DNA of 64,000 nt from Vicugna vicugna (taxonomy: Eukaryota), in NCBI GenBank assembly GCA_013265495.1, contig MU057801.1, positions 2,882,765 to 2,946,764 of the forward strand, given 5' to 3'. How positions within the stretch are numbered: position 1 is the stretch's first letter; each line of letters starts with the position of its first letter. The position numbers were made by a program, and so were the translations under genes. Of the stretch, positions 25,791 to 38,489 are shown in pieces. The notes under the pieces are model-generated. The model searched no databases, was not told the origin of the DNA, and worked only from the letters and a program-made list of their open reading frames with translations.

Positions 25791-27899
25791 AAAAAAAGTG
25801 CTGAATAACCAGAAAGTATTCTTTAAAATGTTCTAATACCAACAGATGTACAGATGTGTTAACTGATCGTGACAGCAACTACCCACATGACTGCTGGCTG
25901 AGAAGACACACTATAATAGTTTGAGGCCAGAAAGGGAGTGAGGGGTAAATTCTTCTTGACGTAAGTTAACAGAGCTTTCTCAACATTCCCAGCTACTAAC
26001 ATTAGCAATCATTATGGGACGACCGAGATGTCTCCGACTCAGTGCTCACTGCATGTCTGGCTCTTTCATACATCGGAGCCTCACTCAGACCTATAAGGAA
26101 GGTATTTTCATCCTCACATCACAGAGGAAGAAACAAACTCAGAAAATTAAGCAACTCACCCTAAGCCACAAACCTTAAAACACTCACTTGGGACTCAGTT
26201 ACCTATGCAAGCTTTCTCCTAAAATACCAAACACTATTATGATGGGCACCAACCCTAAACGAGGGGTCTGTCTGCTAACTGGACACTCAGGCTAGGCTTC
26301 CTGGCATCACTCTTCCCCGTGTGGGCATCCCCCATCCTCACTGACACTCCAGACCCTGGCCTTCAGTTCAGGAGGAGGCAAATGATGTACCCACCCTCCA
26401 TATGGACACCCAAGTTCTATGGCATCGTCTCTGGGTGAAAAGCGTTGACTTCACTTGTCAGTTTTCAGGACTGTACTGCAGTTACAACTTTCCTATTGAC
26501 CACATTTCGGAAGGAAGAGTGCTCTAGTGCAAGCAGGAAGATCATGAGTCTGAAAAGGCGTCCTGTCTCCAACACTGTCAGCAGAACCCTGAAAAAATGA
26601 CCCATCTTCTAACCTCTTTTCAAGACCGCCTCTGTAATACGTCTCTTCTGGAGCTTTTAATCTACCTCAAAATATCTTCCACATTTGAGCAGTGTCTGCC
26701 CAACGTTACTGTAAAAGACAGACACTCCCCTGGGAAGAGAGAGTATGCGTTGGCTGAAAGACTAAGAAGCAAGCAAAGATACAGACACAAATCCCACCAA
26801 AGCAGCACCAAGTCCCAGGGTCATGGGTCCAGGGCTGGAATGTGGCCCTGATAAGATAAACTACAACCGGGAAAAGATGGACACAGCCAGGGCCCCGTCT
26901 GAGGCACCATAACGAAGCCTGCACTAACCCTTGCTTGTTGTGGTCCAGGCATAGTACTCTGGGGAGTGGAAGGAGAAGGGGCGTGGAGAAAAGCAGACTT
27001 TAACTCAGACATTTACCTGTCTTTCTGGGTTATGGTAAAACCATTAGCAGCCCTGGATGTTCTTTTCTTTGGGACAAGGAGGAACCAGGCGTGATGCCTG
27101 AGTTCTTCTGTCTTTAAACACCAAGGTCTGAAACCTGCCAGGCAGCCCACTGATCTCGGTCATGTGGAAGCCCTAGCCTCTGAGCTGGCAGAGAAAAGGT
27201 GGTCTAGTTGATCAAAACACACAGACCTGTGCATCTCATTACTGTCTCCTTAGGGTCCAAGTTAGGCCACTTACACTTCTATCGCATATTGTCAAGAACT
27301 CCGGGATTACAAAAAAGAACATGAAGGGCTCACAGAACCCTCATTTGCCTACTTGTACCAGACATGTGCAGGCAAAACTAATATCCAGCCCCTCCTCTCA
27401 CGGAGTGCAGGGTTGACATATAAGTCAGATGAACATTTACTTCCAAAAGGGACTCTTTAGTCCAACAATTAAAACAAACCAAAAAACTGTTCCGTGGTGT
27501 TTTGGTTTTTTCCTTTTTTTTTTTCCTTTAACCTCCAAAGTTGTTTTCATCTGAATTAGTTGCCACCAATGTTTAAAAAGTTAAGAGATCAGACACACAC
27601 ACACCCAGCTACTCTTCTGGAAAGACTGGAAGGTCTGGCTGCCCCAGAGCCACACTCTTACCCGGCAGTAACAGGAGAGAAGGCAGCAGTTGCTGCCCCC
27701 TTCAGATGGGACACATTCCCTCCACTTCACTGCCACCTCAGCATCATCCTGGCCTCCCAGAAAAATAAACACAAACATATTTTCTTTGGGGAAAAATATT
27801 GTTTCCTTGGGGAAAAATCCACTTCTCTCTCTGTGTGTATTAGATCAAGAAAAAAGGCTGGGGGGGGGAGTATAAGTATATAAAATATGAAACAAGACT

Positions 27900-29180
27900 A
27901 GCCCGAGGTACAGAAGAAAAAGCTAGATATAACAGATGACTTCCTATAAACATATAAATCACCAAAACTCAACTCAGAAAGAGACAGCAAATCTAAGAAA
28001 GTATAAGTTACAAAATGCTATATTCTTAAAAAGCACCATGCTTAGGGAGTTTTACAGGTGAATTCTACAAAAATCTAAATTTAAAGAAAGAGATCCTTTC
28101 AAAAGCATTTAAACTGGCTAAAGGAGAGAAAGAAAAAATTTTAAATAAACCTATAGAAAACACTAAAACAACTTGATAAAGATGATATTAAAGAAAAAAG
28201 TTAGACTAGTCTCACAGAAAATGATGTAAAATTACCAAGAAAAATACTAATAAATAGAATTTGTGTACACAGTAACAGAGTTATCACTGGTGATTCAATA
28301 ATATGGAATCTATTGCTATAACAACACATTAACAGGAAATGGGATGAAATCTGTACGATCTTTTTACAGACGCAAAAAACAGCATTTGATAAAATTCAAC
28401 AACAATTTTGGATTTAAAAAAAGACAAAACAGTAGCAACACATCCCTTAGTAAGATCACTAATGTGACAAACACACTAAAAGAATTCTCACTAAAATCAG
28501 GAAAAAGACAAGGGTACCTGGAGTATCCCTATTCTCCAATCTTATTCTGGAAATACAATGCAATTAAAAAAGAGACATAAAAAAGCAGAAAAGAAGTGAT
28601 GAAATTCTTATTATTTGCAGCTAACATAATATATCTGGAAAACCAAGAAAACCAACTGCAAAAACTAGTTGAAACTAAGATTATATAAATTACTAGTTTG
28701 AAAATTAATAAAAACAACTAGTAACAATATATAATATAAGAAAACATGCTATTTTCCACAACAACAAAAAGATAAAATAACCGGGAATAACCTTAAGAAA
28801 CATATAGAATTTTAAAACTAACTTTAAAAAGACATTTCTGAGTCAGAGAAATGTGTATGTGGATGTATATTAAATAATATTTAATTACAGATAATAAATT
28901 GCTAATTTTGATACAATATGACAATAGCTTTGGGGTTATATGTATTTCAAAAAGCCCCTATTTGTTCTCAAGATATATTGTGAATTATTTATAGATGAAC
29001 TAGTTTGTTTTAAAAGTCTAGTTCCCAACCACACCAAAATGAAGGAGAGAAGGAAGAGATGATTCAAGACTAGCAAACAATGGAAAACTGTGGAGACAAA
29101 GTGATGGATACCTGGAGGTTCATTACAGCGTCTTCCCTACTTTGCACATTTGAATATGCACGCAACAGAAATTCAAGAAA
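27900..29180 (+). mobile_element. Ancient L1M ORF2 and L1MC-like 3' fragments
   Basis: A-rich; aaaagcatttgataaaattcaac, aaatcaggaaaaagacaaggg, ttatttgcagctaacat (degenerate RT motifs KAFDKIQ, SGxRQG, LFADD). Confidence 0.7.
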
Positions 29181-31040
29181 ACTTAGGGGAGGTCCCAAAG
29201 GGGGGTCATGAAAAACGTAAATAATCCCAAAGATGTGTAATGGGCTTATAAAAAGGCACAAAAATTGCCACCTAACCATTAAGAAACTAAAATTAAAGCG
29301 AAGTTATATGTCATCTTCACCAGTTACGTAGAAAAGATCAAAATATCTGGTAATATTAAATACCAGGGGGAGGCAACTGGCAGTACTGTATGCATCAGCG
29401 CAACTGCTTGGGAGGGAACTTTGGCCTTCACCCTTCAAAGTCATAAACACACTTCCCTTGGCCCAGAAATTCCACTTCCAGGAATTTATTCTAGATAGTC
29501 ATTCGACAAGCATTATCTCCCACCTACTTCGTGCCAGGCACTGTCCCTGCTCTCACAGGGCTTCCCTTCTTATGGGGGAGACTATCAATAAAGCAAGTCA
29601 AGTGTGCAGGCAATTACACCCTCGGCCAAGGGACAAGTGTGATGAAGAAACAAGTAAACCCAACGGGGGCGGGGCACTAAGGCCATCTCCAGTGTGCTAG
29701 TTTGGAAAGGCCCCTCTGAAGACGTGATAGGTGAGCGGAGACCTGGCTAAAGGAGAGTGTTCCAGGCAACAGGGAAGGAAGCCATGGGGTAATACACAAA
29801 TTTGGCCTTCCTGCCCTCTGCTTTTCGTTTTATTCGCATAACAGCCTTTTGTTTACCCAAAGGATAGGAGCACGACTTGAATGTCTCTCTTTGTCCTCAA
29901 CTCAAAAATAAAAATAATCAGATCCTTTTAATACAGTACATCTGTCAAAGAAGGTGCCAGGCCAGCACTGTTTCCCCAACATTATTGTGAAACACAATCT
30001 GATTTCTTCAAAGGAAGAATTCCCAATCTGTCTAACTGTTGCACCAAGCCCGTTCATGAAAGTGCATTAAAGCCAATCATGAGTTTTTAATGCAGATAAA
30101 TCTTTCCACAGAGAACAGATTAGTTTCACAAAAAATACTGACCAGTTGCTAGATAATTTTACACAAAAGCAAAAATACCATCAGTCCCTGACCTTCTGGC
30201 AGGACTGTTGACCACTAACTTAGCAGAGTATATGGTTTAATTCCATGATCTTTTGGGCAATGAAGTTGATATTTTTAGGGGCTATCTGGGTAAGTATTTT
30301 ACACTGAAGTAGCCAGTGTCAATTGGGGCATGCCAACTGACCCCAAAATAAATTACTTTGCTACAACACCTGAGAACATTACACATTTTTCTCAAGCAAC
30401 ACGAAGCATCAAGACTTCAAAACTGCTAAGAGTGATACAAACAGCCAGATAATTAAGAAACCAGCCTATGGGGGGAAGAGTTGCCCTTATGAAACATGCT
30501 CCTTTCTCAGCTGTGAGATCAGATTAGCATAAACGCATTCATCTCTCCAAAGGAAGCCCACAAATAACCATTTGACTTCGGGACCGGATGGAGATTCCCA
30601 AGGAGACAAATTCCGTGGGCACATTCCACGCAACGCCAGCCAGCTGCTTGGCGAGCGCCGGGCTTCCGCCCAGCAGCGAGGACACGGCGCACCCCCAGCC
30701 CTGGACGCCGACGACCCCCCGGCCTTCCCCGAGGGCTCGGCAGGTCCGAGCAGGGGATGCCGCGGAGACTCGAGACCCGGTAAGCTGCCCACCGGCGAGA
30801 GGGGCGCTCCGGCCGAGTCGGACGCAGAGCAGGTCCGAGCGGAGTCCGCGCTCCAGGGCCGCGCCGGATGGCGCCGGGCGTCCAGGGGCTCCCCACCCTC
30901 GTCGAGAGGCGGTCGCTGGACGGGTCTCACGGGCCCACCCGGGGGGAAGGGGACGCGGGAGCCAGAAGGGGAAGAGGAGAGAGTGGAGGGCGGGCAGCCC
31001 GGAGGGTGGTGGAGCCCGCCCCGCCCCCGCCGCTCCTCAC

Positions 31041-31231
31041 CTGCCCAGCGCCCGCTTCATGCCCGCGTCGGCGGCGCAGCGCGGCTCGGCCGGCCCGGGG
31101 CCCGCCAGGCACAGGTTCTGCTTCAGGCGGCAGTCGGCGTCCAGCGCCGCGGCGGCCGAGCCGGCGGAGGGCGAGCCCAAGGCGGCGCGGTGCTCATGCT
31201 CTAGGGCGACGGGCTCGGTCCGCTTCCTCAT
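31041..31231 (-). CDS. ABHD12: ABHD12 (lysophosphatidylserine lipase) coding exon 1, 191 nt; remaining exons lie beyond the left edge of the window
   Basis: Translates [63 protein letters not shown](R), matching the ABHD12 N-terminus. ATG is the reverse complement of 31229-31231; donor CAG|GTGAGG at 31040. Lies in a CpG island, syntenic with GINS1/NINL. No exon 2-like sequence was seen in 1-31040. Confidence 0.97.
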
Positions 31232-31251
31232 TCCGTGGCCAGCACGGCCGG

Positions 31252-31275
31252 CCTCGCCCTCGCCCTCGCCCTCGC
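31252..31275. repeat. (CCTCGC)4 hexamer repeat just upstream of the ABHD12 ATG
   Basis: Four exact copies read directly, followed by CCG-rich sequence. Confidence 0.9.
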
Positions 31276-31594
31276 CGCCCGCCGCCGCTGAGGGGAGCAG
31301 CCGCTGAGGGGAGACTCCGCCACCGCCGCCGCCGCGAGCCCGCCGGCCCCCACGTCCCCCCGGGCCGGCGCGCCTGCCTGCGGCTACTCAGCGCTTGCCA
31401 ATCAGCGCCCGACTCTCGCCGGCTCCGCCCCGAATCCAGCTCCGGCCACGCCCCCTCCCGGCATTCGTGCACGCCCAGCATCCACCGCGCGGGGCTCAGC
31501 CATCTTGGAGAAGGGAGGACGAAGCCGCAGCGCGCATCAGTGTCCGGGCGGGGCGAGGTGGGGCTGCCTGGTGCCTACCGCAGCGGCCCTAATT

Positions 31595-31609
31595 GGGGGG
31601 GGGGGGGGG
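31595..31609 (+). repeat. G15 homopolymer
   Basis: aattGGGGGGGGGGGGGGGcgggg. Confidence 0.9.
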
Positions 31610-31949
31610 CGGGGAACCCTCTGCTCCCATCTTTAGAAATTCAACAGGTCCTTGTATTAGCGTTGATGATACTAAGAAAGTGCAAAAGAATTTTATTGAC
31701 CATATTACTAAATATCGCAACCAGCATTCCTATTTGTCACTCTTGGAACTTAAATGATGAATTCTTTCAAGTAATGTAGTAGCACATACTGGAGATTAGG
31801 AATCCAGAAACTAAAGTGCAAAACATCTTTTACTCTATCAGTCCCTAAATCGTCTTCAATCAATAGAGCAAAAAGCTAAGAAAGGAGGGCTGGAGAGAAG
31901 AGAGTAGGGGTGCTTGTCCTTATACAGGCTCTATTTGCTACCCCACACT

Positions 31950-32905
31950 GGGGACACCTACGTTTATATCTCTAGTCCGCACCTCTTCCTTGAACCCCAG
32001 GTTCCTCTATCCAGTGGTCTACTCGTCCACTCTGTAGACTCCAGGCAGCTAAAACTACCTTCCAGCTGAACCGCCAGCTCTCACCCCAGCTCCAGCCATA
32101 ACCTTCTGCACCACGGGAACGGCAGCTCCGTCCTTGCAGTTCCTCAGGCAGAAACCTTGGGGTCATCTTTGATTCCTCCGCCCTCATAACGCAGCAGGTG
32201 TATTACCAAACCTGCTCAGCTCTCCTTTCAAAATCTATCCAGGACAAACCACTTCTCAACACCTCCACCAACCACAGCACAGGCCAAACTGCCATCGCCC
32301 CTCATTTGAATTATTTTAATAGCCCAAATGATCTCCTGCCTCACTTCTGTCTGCCTAACTCAGTGGCCACAAAGGTCTTTTCTAAAAACCTAGATCCAGT
32401 CCTGTCACTTGTTGGCCCGAAACACTTCAATATTTCTCCGTCTCACTGAAAATAAAACAAAAGCTTATGAAATGGGCCAACGGGTCTTACCTGACATGGC
32501 CTCTAGCCCTTGCTCTGGTCTCAGCCACTAGCCTTCTTGCTCACCCTGCTGTAGCATCACTGTGTCCTTGCCGGTGTGGAGACCCCAGGGCGTGGGTGGC
32601 ATGCAGGTGAGACATCATACCCACATGGCAGATACCCACACAGCTTACTGCCCCCCCTCTTCTGGTCTGTGCCCTCTCAATGCTAACTCAAAACCTCCAG
32701 GCCCTCTCACTTTCACTAGTCACCCTCCTTTGCTTATTCTCTCCTTAGGACGTCTCACTGATGTACTCGTCGTCGGTATCTCTGTATCTGTGTCTTGCTG
32801 CTTCCCACACTTGAACTTAGACTCTGACAGCAAGGACTTTGTTCACAGCTTTATCTTCAGTGTCCAGAGCAACGCTGAATAGGCGCTTCAGGATATTTGC
32901 TGAAG
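31950..32905 (+). mobile_element. L2 fragment between the two CpG islands
   Basis: cctcaggcagaaaccttggggtcatctttgattcctcc ... 3' end aggcgcttcaggatatttgctgaaggaat. Confidence 0.65.
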
Positions 32906-34015
32906 GAATAATGAGTCATCACAACCCCTCCGAAGTGGGTACTATTGTCCCCACCTGTACAGGTAAAGAAGTCAGTCTCAGGCCTGGGGTCTGAAGTGGA
33001 GGTTTGTGGCAAAGGAACATTGAGGATGCTGGCGACCTTTGAATCACTATCCTGTGGCACGGTGCACTATAGAATTGTGTGCTTAATAAAAACACTTAGC
33101 TCAGTTATCTCTTCCTGAAGAGCTGAGACGGAAATTCAGCATAAGGGTCAGAATCAGAGCCATTCCCCGGCTCACGTCTCAGGTCACAGATCTACTGCTT
33201 CTGTCTGCGCAAAAGAGCAGCATAGCTTCTAGGCTTAGGCAGAACGAGTCCAAGTAACACTGCTTTAAAAACAGACAAAACAAACTGCAGAGCAGTGTTC
33301 CTTCCTCTGATCGTACAAATGTCCACAACCATCCAGGCGGGAACGTGCTCACGCCCGTTCACGTTAATCTAGGGCATTGCCGTCTTCGTCGACCTCTTTT
33401 ACAAATGTTTTTAAATGACTGCTTAATATCAAAAGCAGTACTGTGGCCTTGTCGGCCTAAATGCAGGGTCTGTCACTTCAAAACTGCGTGACCTTGGACA
33501 AGTTTTCCACCTTCTGTTGCTTAACCAGCACCAAGCGTCTTAATAACCAGTGAAGGGATAATCGTGAGAATTACCCGGAGTATGTCACCGCCCCTAGCAC
33601 ACAGGAGATACCCAATGATATTGTTTTTCCTTTACTATCACATAAAAAACCCACCCTGCAAAACCGGACGGACGCTACGCCGGGTCCTAACAGCAGCGCA
33701 CGCCTTTCCGAGCCTGTCTTCTCCACCCCAGCGTGCGCACCGCTGTTGACCTAAACGAGAATGAATGACTCCAACGGAAAAGGGGTGGTGTGTTCACCCC
33801 GAGTTGTGCTGCGCGACAGCCTGGGGCTCAGCCTCCACTCGGCCTGAGGTGGGACTGGGGGCGGAACCAGGGAGTGGGACCGGGGGCGGGACTGAGGTCC
33901 GCGACTGCTCCCGTGTAGGTTTCCCTGGGGCGCTGCGACTGAGCAGCGGAGGCAAATGTCCCCTGGCCGCCGCCGTAGCCGAGGACCCGCAGCGCGCTGC
34001 TATTGGCCGCGCGTG

Positions 34016-34026
34016 TTGGCGCCAAA
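34016..34026. promoter_or_regulatory. Palindromic E2F-binding element
   Basis: TTGGCGCCAAA contains TTTGGCGC on the minus strand, ~110 nt upstream of the GINS1 ATG; expected for a G1/S replication gene. Confidence 0.75.
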
Positions 34027-34131
34027 GCGGGGTGGAGGCGCGGTCGGCCAGCCGGCCGGAGAGCGGTGGTCGTGGGCCGAGCTGCGGCTGTGTGCCGACA
34101 GCGGGCGGTCCGCAGGGCCGGCGCTGCCGCC

Positions 34132-34206
34132 ATGCTCTGCGAGAAGGCCATGGAGCTGGTCCGCGAGCTGCACCGCGCGGCCGAGGGGCGGCTGCCGGCC
34201 TTCAAC
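34132..34206 (+). CDS. GINS1: GINS1 (PSF1, GINS complex subunit 1) exon 1, coding part
   Basis: Kozak context GCCGCCATG; MLCEKAMELVRELHRAAEGRLPAFN; donor AAC|GTGAGG; 75 nt. Confidence 0.98.
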
Positions 34207-36229
34207 GTGAGGCGGGCTCGGGCGGGCGTCTGCCCAGGGCGGCTTCCCTCGGGGCTGCGCGGCCGGGAGCGGGACGGCGGGCTTGCCCATGGTTCTCCGC
34301 GGAGCCGGACACCGGCCGGGGCGCGGCGCCGATGCCGGGGCCAGGCGCGCGGGCCCAGCTGGGTTTCGGCAGCTTCCCGCGCGCGGGGCGTGCAGCGGCC
34401 CTGGGGCTTCCTGCCTTGCGCATGGGTGGGCGGGCGGGCCTGGCCCGGGGCGCTCCAGCGGCGGGGCGGCCGGGGGTGAGCCCCGCCCCTGCGCTCGTGC
34501 CGCTGTCCCCCTCGGAGGGCGGCCCCTGAGCTCGCGCGGGCTCGGGCGGCCGGAGAGGCCTGGAGACGGGTCGTGGGCGCAGGTGCTGAGTTACACCGGG
34601 GAGGTGTGAACCGGAGTAGCTGGGGCGTCAGAGCCGCGCCTGGAAGAGGCGGTGACCGCATGCCAGCCGCGGACGGGCCGTGTGGACACCCTCCGCCCGC
34701 TAGGGAAGGACCACAACCTGGGCTCTGGGTCCAGGGGATGTGCTGTCACTCACAAGGCATTTTAGGCGCAGGAGTGACTGAGTAATTTGTTGTGTTTTGA
34801 CGATAACTGTGGCAGCACTTTGGGAAGTGGATCGGGGAGAGGAAAGAATGATTCTTGGTAGTTATGATAGACCAGCTTAGAGATGTGTCGGGTCCGAATC
34901 TGCATCTCGGGAGGCTTCTATCTCAGGTAGCAGAGTAAACAACATAGGAGGTCAGCAGGAAGAGTGCTTTGGGGAAAGCGAGTTTTGTTTAGAACATTAA
35001 AAGGCACCTAGTGTGACAATGAGGCCATTTGACAGATGACGAAACTGAGCCGAGGAAGTTAGGGACCGAATTAAGGGGCTTGTCTGAACTTGCAGCGAAT
35101 TGGAGACAGAGCCTCAGCTTGAACACAGGTTTCCAGTGTTCCAGTCTGTTGTTCTTTCAACCTCAGGACAGTTACCTCATTAAAAGTGAAAAGAGAGCAT
35201 TTCAGTGGAGATTCTGAAATTCAGAGGTGTAGGGGCTCTCAAATGTGGCTCCACTGGGTTCCGTGGGTCTGGGCCTTTTGGGGGTCCTGGTACAGTTGAG
35301 GAAACCAGCCCAAAGACAGAGACTGCCGGACATGTGCTGGCTCTTAGACAGTCCAGCCCTCTTTTCCACTCAAATTTTACAGTAAATGTTGGTTTGCCAC
35401 TTTGGGGGTCTGGGGTGGACTTAGAAGTTGTAAAGTCACTCTTCTAGGTCTTAGTTGGTGGAGGAGACTTACCTTGCAGTCAGTTGGAATGATTACCCAC
35501 TTTCTATGTGTAGAACTGGTAATAGTTTAAGTGAGTTTGTAGGGAAATTATCTTGGACTCCCAAAGGCTTATGGCCCAGAGATGAGAGCACAGAATAATG
35601 CAGTTCCCTCCATAGATTAAAAAACCTAAATCTGAAAGCTTGTGTGTATTTTTACAAAATTATTTCACACTTGTCTTTGGATCCCTGCAAGCCTACTAAT
35701 TGTGCAAGAGTTTCAACTATTCCTTAAAATAATATTTGTGATAAAAGGAGTGTTTAACTAAATTCTAATAAATCAGACTTTTCTGTGATCTCTTTTTGAC
35801 CAGCTGATAGAAGGTAGAAGTTATGCTTACATTTTTCATCAGGAATGACTTTTCTTAAAACTGAGCATGTTAAGTAGTTGATTTTGTAATTATACCAGTA
35901 GTGTCCAGGCATTTTTGCTAATGTGTATATTTTGGCTCTAAAATAGGTGGGTCGCTTGTATTTGATTTTTGGACAGACCAATTGTGTAACACTTACGAGT
36001 TTTATAGTTCTAATATTTTTATCCTTCCAAGGGAAATTTTTAAAAAGTTTTGCCCATAAATGGATAGTAGAAAAACTCCTCTGACCTTTCTGTTTTCAGT
36101 TCTTGCAGTATAAGCCAAACCACTGTTCCTTTTTTTTTTTTGGTAGTAACCTTTTAAGACCATTTTCTAATAAGTAATAAATTATTTACATACTTCTGTC
36201 ATGCATTGTTGCTTCTGTATGACTTGATT

Positions 36230-36985
36230 TTTTTTGTCATCAGTTTTATTGTATAATTTATGTACAATAAAATACACATTTTAACAGACCTTTAAGTTTT
36301 GACAAATGTATACAGTCCTTATTATCAGCACCCAAATCAAGGTTTCTGTCACTATAAGGATTCCCTTTTCTCCCTTGTAGCTGTTAGCTGCCTCCCACCT
36401 GCAGCCTTGGGCAACCACGGATTTTCTTTCTGTGCCGCAGATTATATTTGTCTTTTTTATGTTCTTCTGGATTCAGCATGCCAGGAATTGCACACTTTTC
36501 CATACAGGGCCACTTGGAAGCACACTGCGTGTACTCCTGTCTGACTTCTTTTCTCAGAACAGTGTATTCAAGATTATCCTTAATCAGTATGTTAAGTGTA
36601 TATCTTGTCAGTAACTTACTCCTTTTTTTTTGGTGGTAAAATATACATAACTTAAAATTTGCCATTTTAACCATTTTTCAGTACAATTCAGTGGCATTAA
36701 TTATATTCACGTTGTACAACCACCCTGATTTCCAGAACTTTTTCTTAATCCTTAAGCAGGAATTCCCCATTCCTCTCTCCCCTCCGCCCCTGATAACCTC
36801 TAGTCTGCTTTGTCTCTGTGGGTTTGCCTGTTCTAGACATTTCAGATAAGTGGAATCATACAATATCTGTCCTTTTGTGTCTGGCTTATTTCACTCAGCA
36901 TATTGTTTTCAAGGTTGAACCATATTGATGCCTGTATCAGTCCTTCATTTCTTTTTATGGCTGAATAACATTCCATTGAATGGAA
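36230..36985 (-). mobile_element. L1MB/L1ME-type 3' UTR fragments in GINS1 intron 1
   Basis: tggtaaaatatacataacttaaaatttgccattttaacc...gtggaatcatacaatatctgtccttttgtgtctggcttatttcactcagcata. Confidence 0.8.
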
Positions 36986-37065
36986 TTCAATAGATATTAT
37001 AGACAGAATATTACTACAAACTTGGTGTGGGAATTAACTTATCAATATAATTTTGTATGTTCTAG

Positions 37066-37130
37066 GAGGATGGACTCAGGCAAGTTCTGGAGGAGATGAA
37101 AGCTTTATACGAACAAAACCAATCTGATGT
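37066..37130 (+). CDS. GINS1: GINS1 exon 2
   Basis: ttctag|GAGGATGGA...GATGT|gtaagt; EDGLRQVLEEMKALYEQNQSD(V); 65 nt. Confidence 0.98.
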
Positions 37131-37694
37131 GTAAGTTGATAAGACTGATATTTTAAAACAACTTAAGAAATAAGGTATTGAAATCAGATAATCTTACATT
37201 AGTCTTTAGATAATGATTTTTTTTTTTAAATTCTCTGTGAGCCTGATCATACCCTTACCATACAGGCCTGGAGGGATTTGTGTTAAGCTGCTGTATTTCT
37301 GGGGGTTCAAATAGTGCTTGGCACATCGTAGATGTTCAATAAATATTTGTCATTTGACGATACGACTTGGTATTGGGTCTGTCTCTTATCCCCGTGTGAT
37401 AAAGACATTCCCCAAAGTGAGGAAACATGATGTCTGTCTTTTGGAGGCAGTGGAGAGTAACTGTGCCAAATGCGGAGTACCACATGTCTAAGCAAAACCC
37501 CGGGGGGTGTGATTCTAGGCAGATAAGCTTTTGGGCTTTTTATCTTTTAATGTATTAGCAAAACTCTGCTGTGGAGTATTTGGGTACATTAACTGTTAAC
37601 ATAAATGGATAAAAACAAGCATGTAGTCAGCTGTTGGCTTTGAAAAGGCTTATTCTGAAGTAGACTTTCTTTTCCTCCCTAAATGTTTTACCAG

Positions 37695-37793
37695 GAACGA
37701 AGCAAAGTCAGGCGGCCGAAGTGACCTGATACCGACCATCAGGTTTCGACACTGCTCTTTGCTGAGAAATCAGCGCTGCGCTCTAGCCTACCT
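37695..37793 (+). CDS. GINS1: GINS1 exon 3
   Basis: ttaccag|GAACGAA...TACCT|gtgagt; [32 protein letters not shown](L); 99 nt, phase consistent. Confidence 0.98.
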
Positions 37794-38398
37794 GTGAGTG
37801 CCTCTGGGGTGGCAGGGAGCTGCAAGGGGTTCCCCTGTGGTTTCCTAATTAGTCATTTCAGATGGATAACCAACATTCTTAGATTTGTCTCTCCTTTATA
37901 AGCATGCTAAATTCTTTTTCCTCCGTTCAACTTTTTATTATGAAAAACTGCAGGATTCATAATATTAGGGAATAACATGAAACCCTCATGGAGCCATCAT
38001 AACCAAAATGTTAGGTTTAACAGTCCTGACATTTTGCTATAGTTGCTTCATCTTGTTTTGTTTGTCTGCTAAACCACTACAGAGCATTGTGGCATTTGAC
38101 CACTGAATACTTTAGTATGCACCTCTAAGAAATAAGGACCTTTGGTACCTTTTGTCATGTGGCCGCTGTACCATTCTCAGAGCGAGAGAATCGAACACGC
38201 TGTCACTGTGTCTGTCCAGTCTGTGTCCCTGTCCTCCCAGTTGTCCCAAAGGTGTCTCCCGACAGTGGCTGGTTTGCCTCAGGAGCCTCATGAGGTCCAC
38301 GTGTTACATTTCATTGTTGTGAGTCTTGGGTCTCTCCTGATCAAAGCAACTTCTGATACCCTTCTGTTACACCCTCTAATACCTTGTTAATGCCCTAG

Positions 38399-38489
38399 GT
38401 ACGACCGATTGCTTCGGATTAGAGCGCTCAGGTGGGAATATGGCAGTGTCTTGCCAAGTGATTTACGATTTCACATGTCTGCTGAAGAA
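38399..38489 (+). CDS. GINS1: GINS1 exon 4
   Basis: ccctag|GTACGAC...GAAGAA|gtaagt; [30 protein letters not shown]; 91 nt. Confidence 0.98.

Larger units (their letters stand above)
30620..31600. promoter_or_regulatory. ABHD12: CpG island / ABHD12 promoter
   Basis: Very GC- and CpG-rich stretch over exon 1; CCAAT box (gCCAATcag 31398-31402); GC boxes; boundaries approximate. Confidence 0.88.
33780..34700. promoter_or_regulatory. GINS1: CpG island / GINS1 promoter
   Basis: CpG-dense; GC boxes (GGGGCGG near 33857 and 33883); inverted CCAAT (ATTGG 34002-34006); E2F site 34016-34026. Confidence 0.88.

Noticed and set aside
30487..31779. Long ORFs (147-303 aa) overlapping the ABHD12 CpG island
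   Set aside because: Arg/Pro/Gly/Ala-rich open frames in several frames on both strands, as expected from stop-codon scarcity in GC-rich DNA; no recognisable domain
33765..34661. 254-aa and 277-aa ORFs over the GINS1 promoter
   Set aside because: Same CpG-island artefact; only the 25-codon GINS1 exon is supported by homology and splice sites
37767..37790. GINS1 RNQRCALAY versus recalled human RNRRCTVAY
   Set aside because: Probably ordinary ortholog variation; ORF length and residues R83 and C152 are intact
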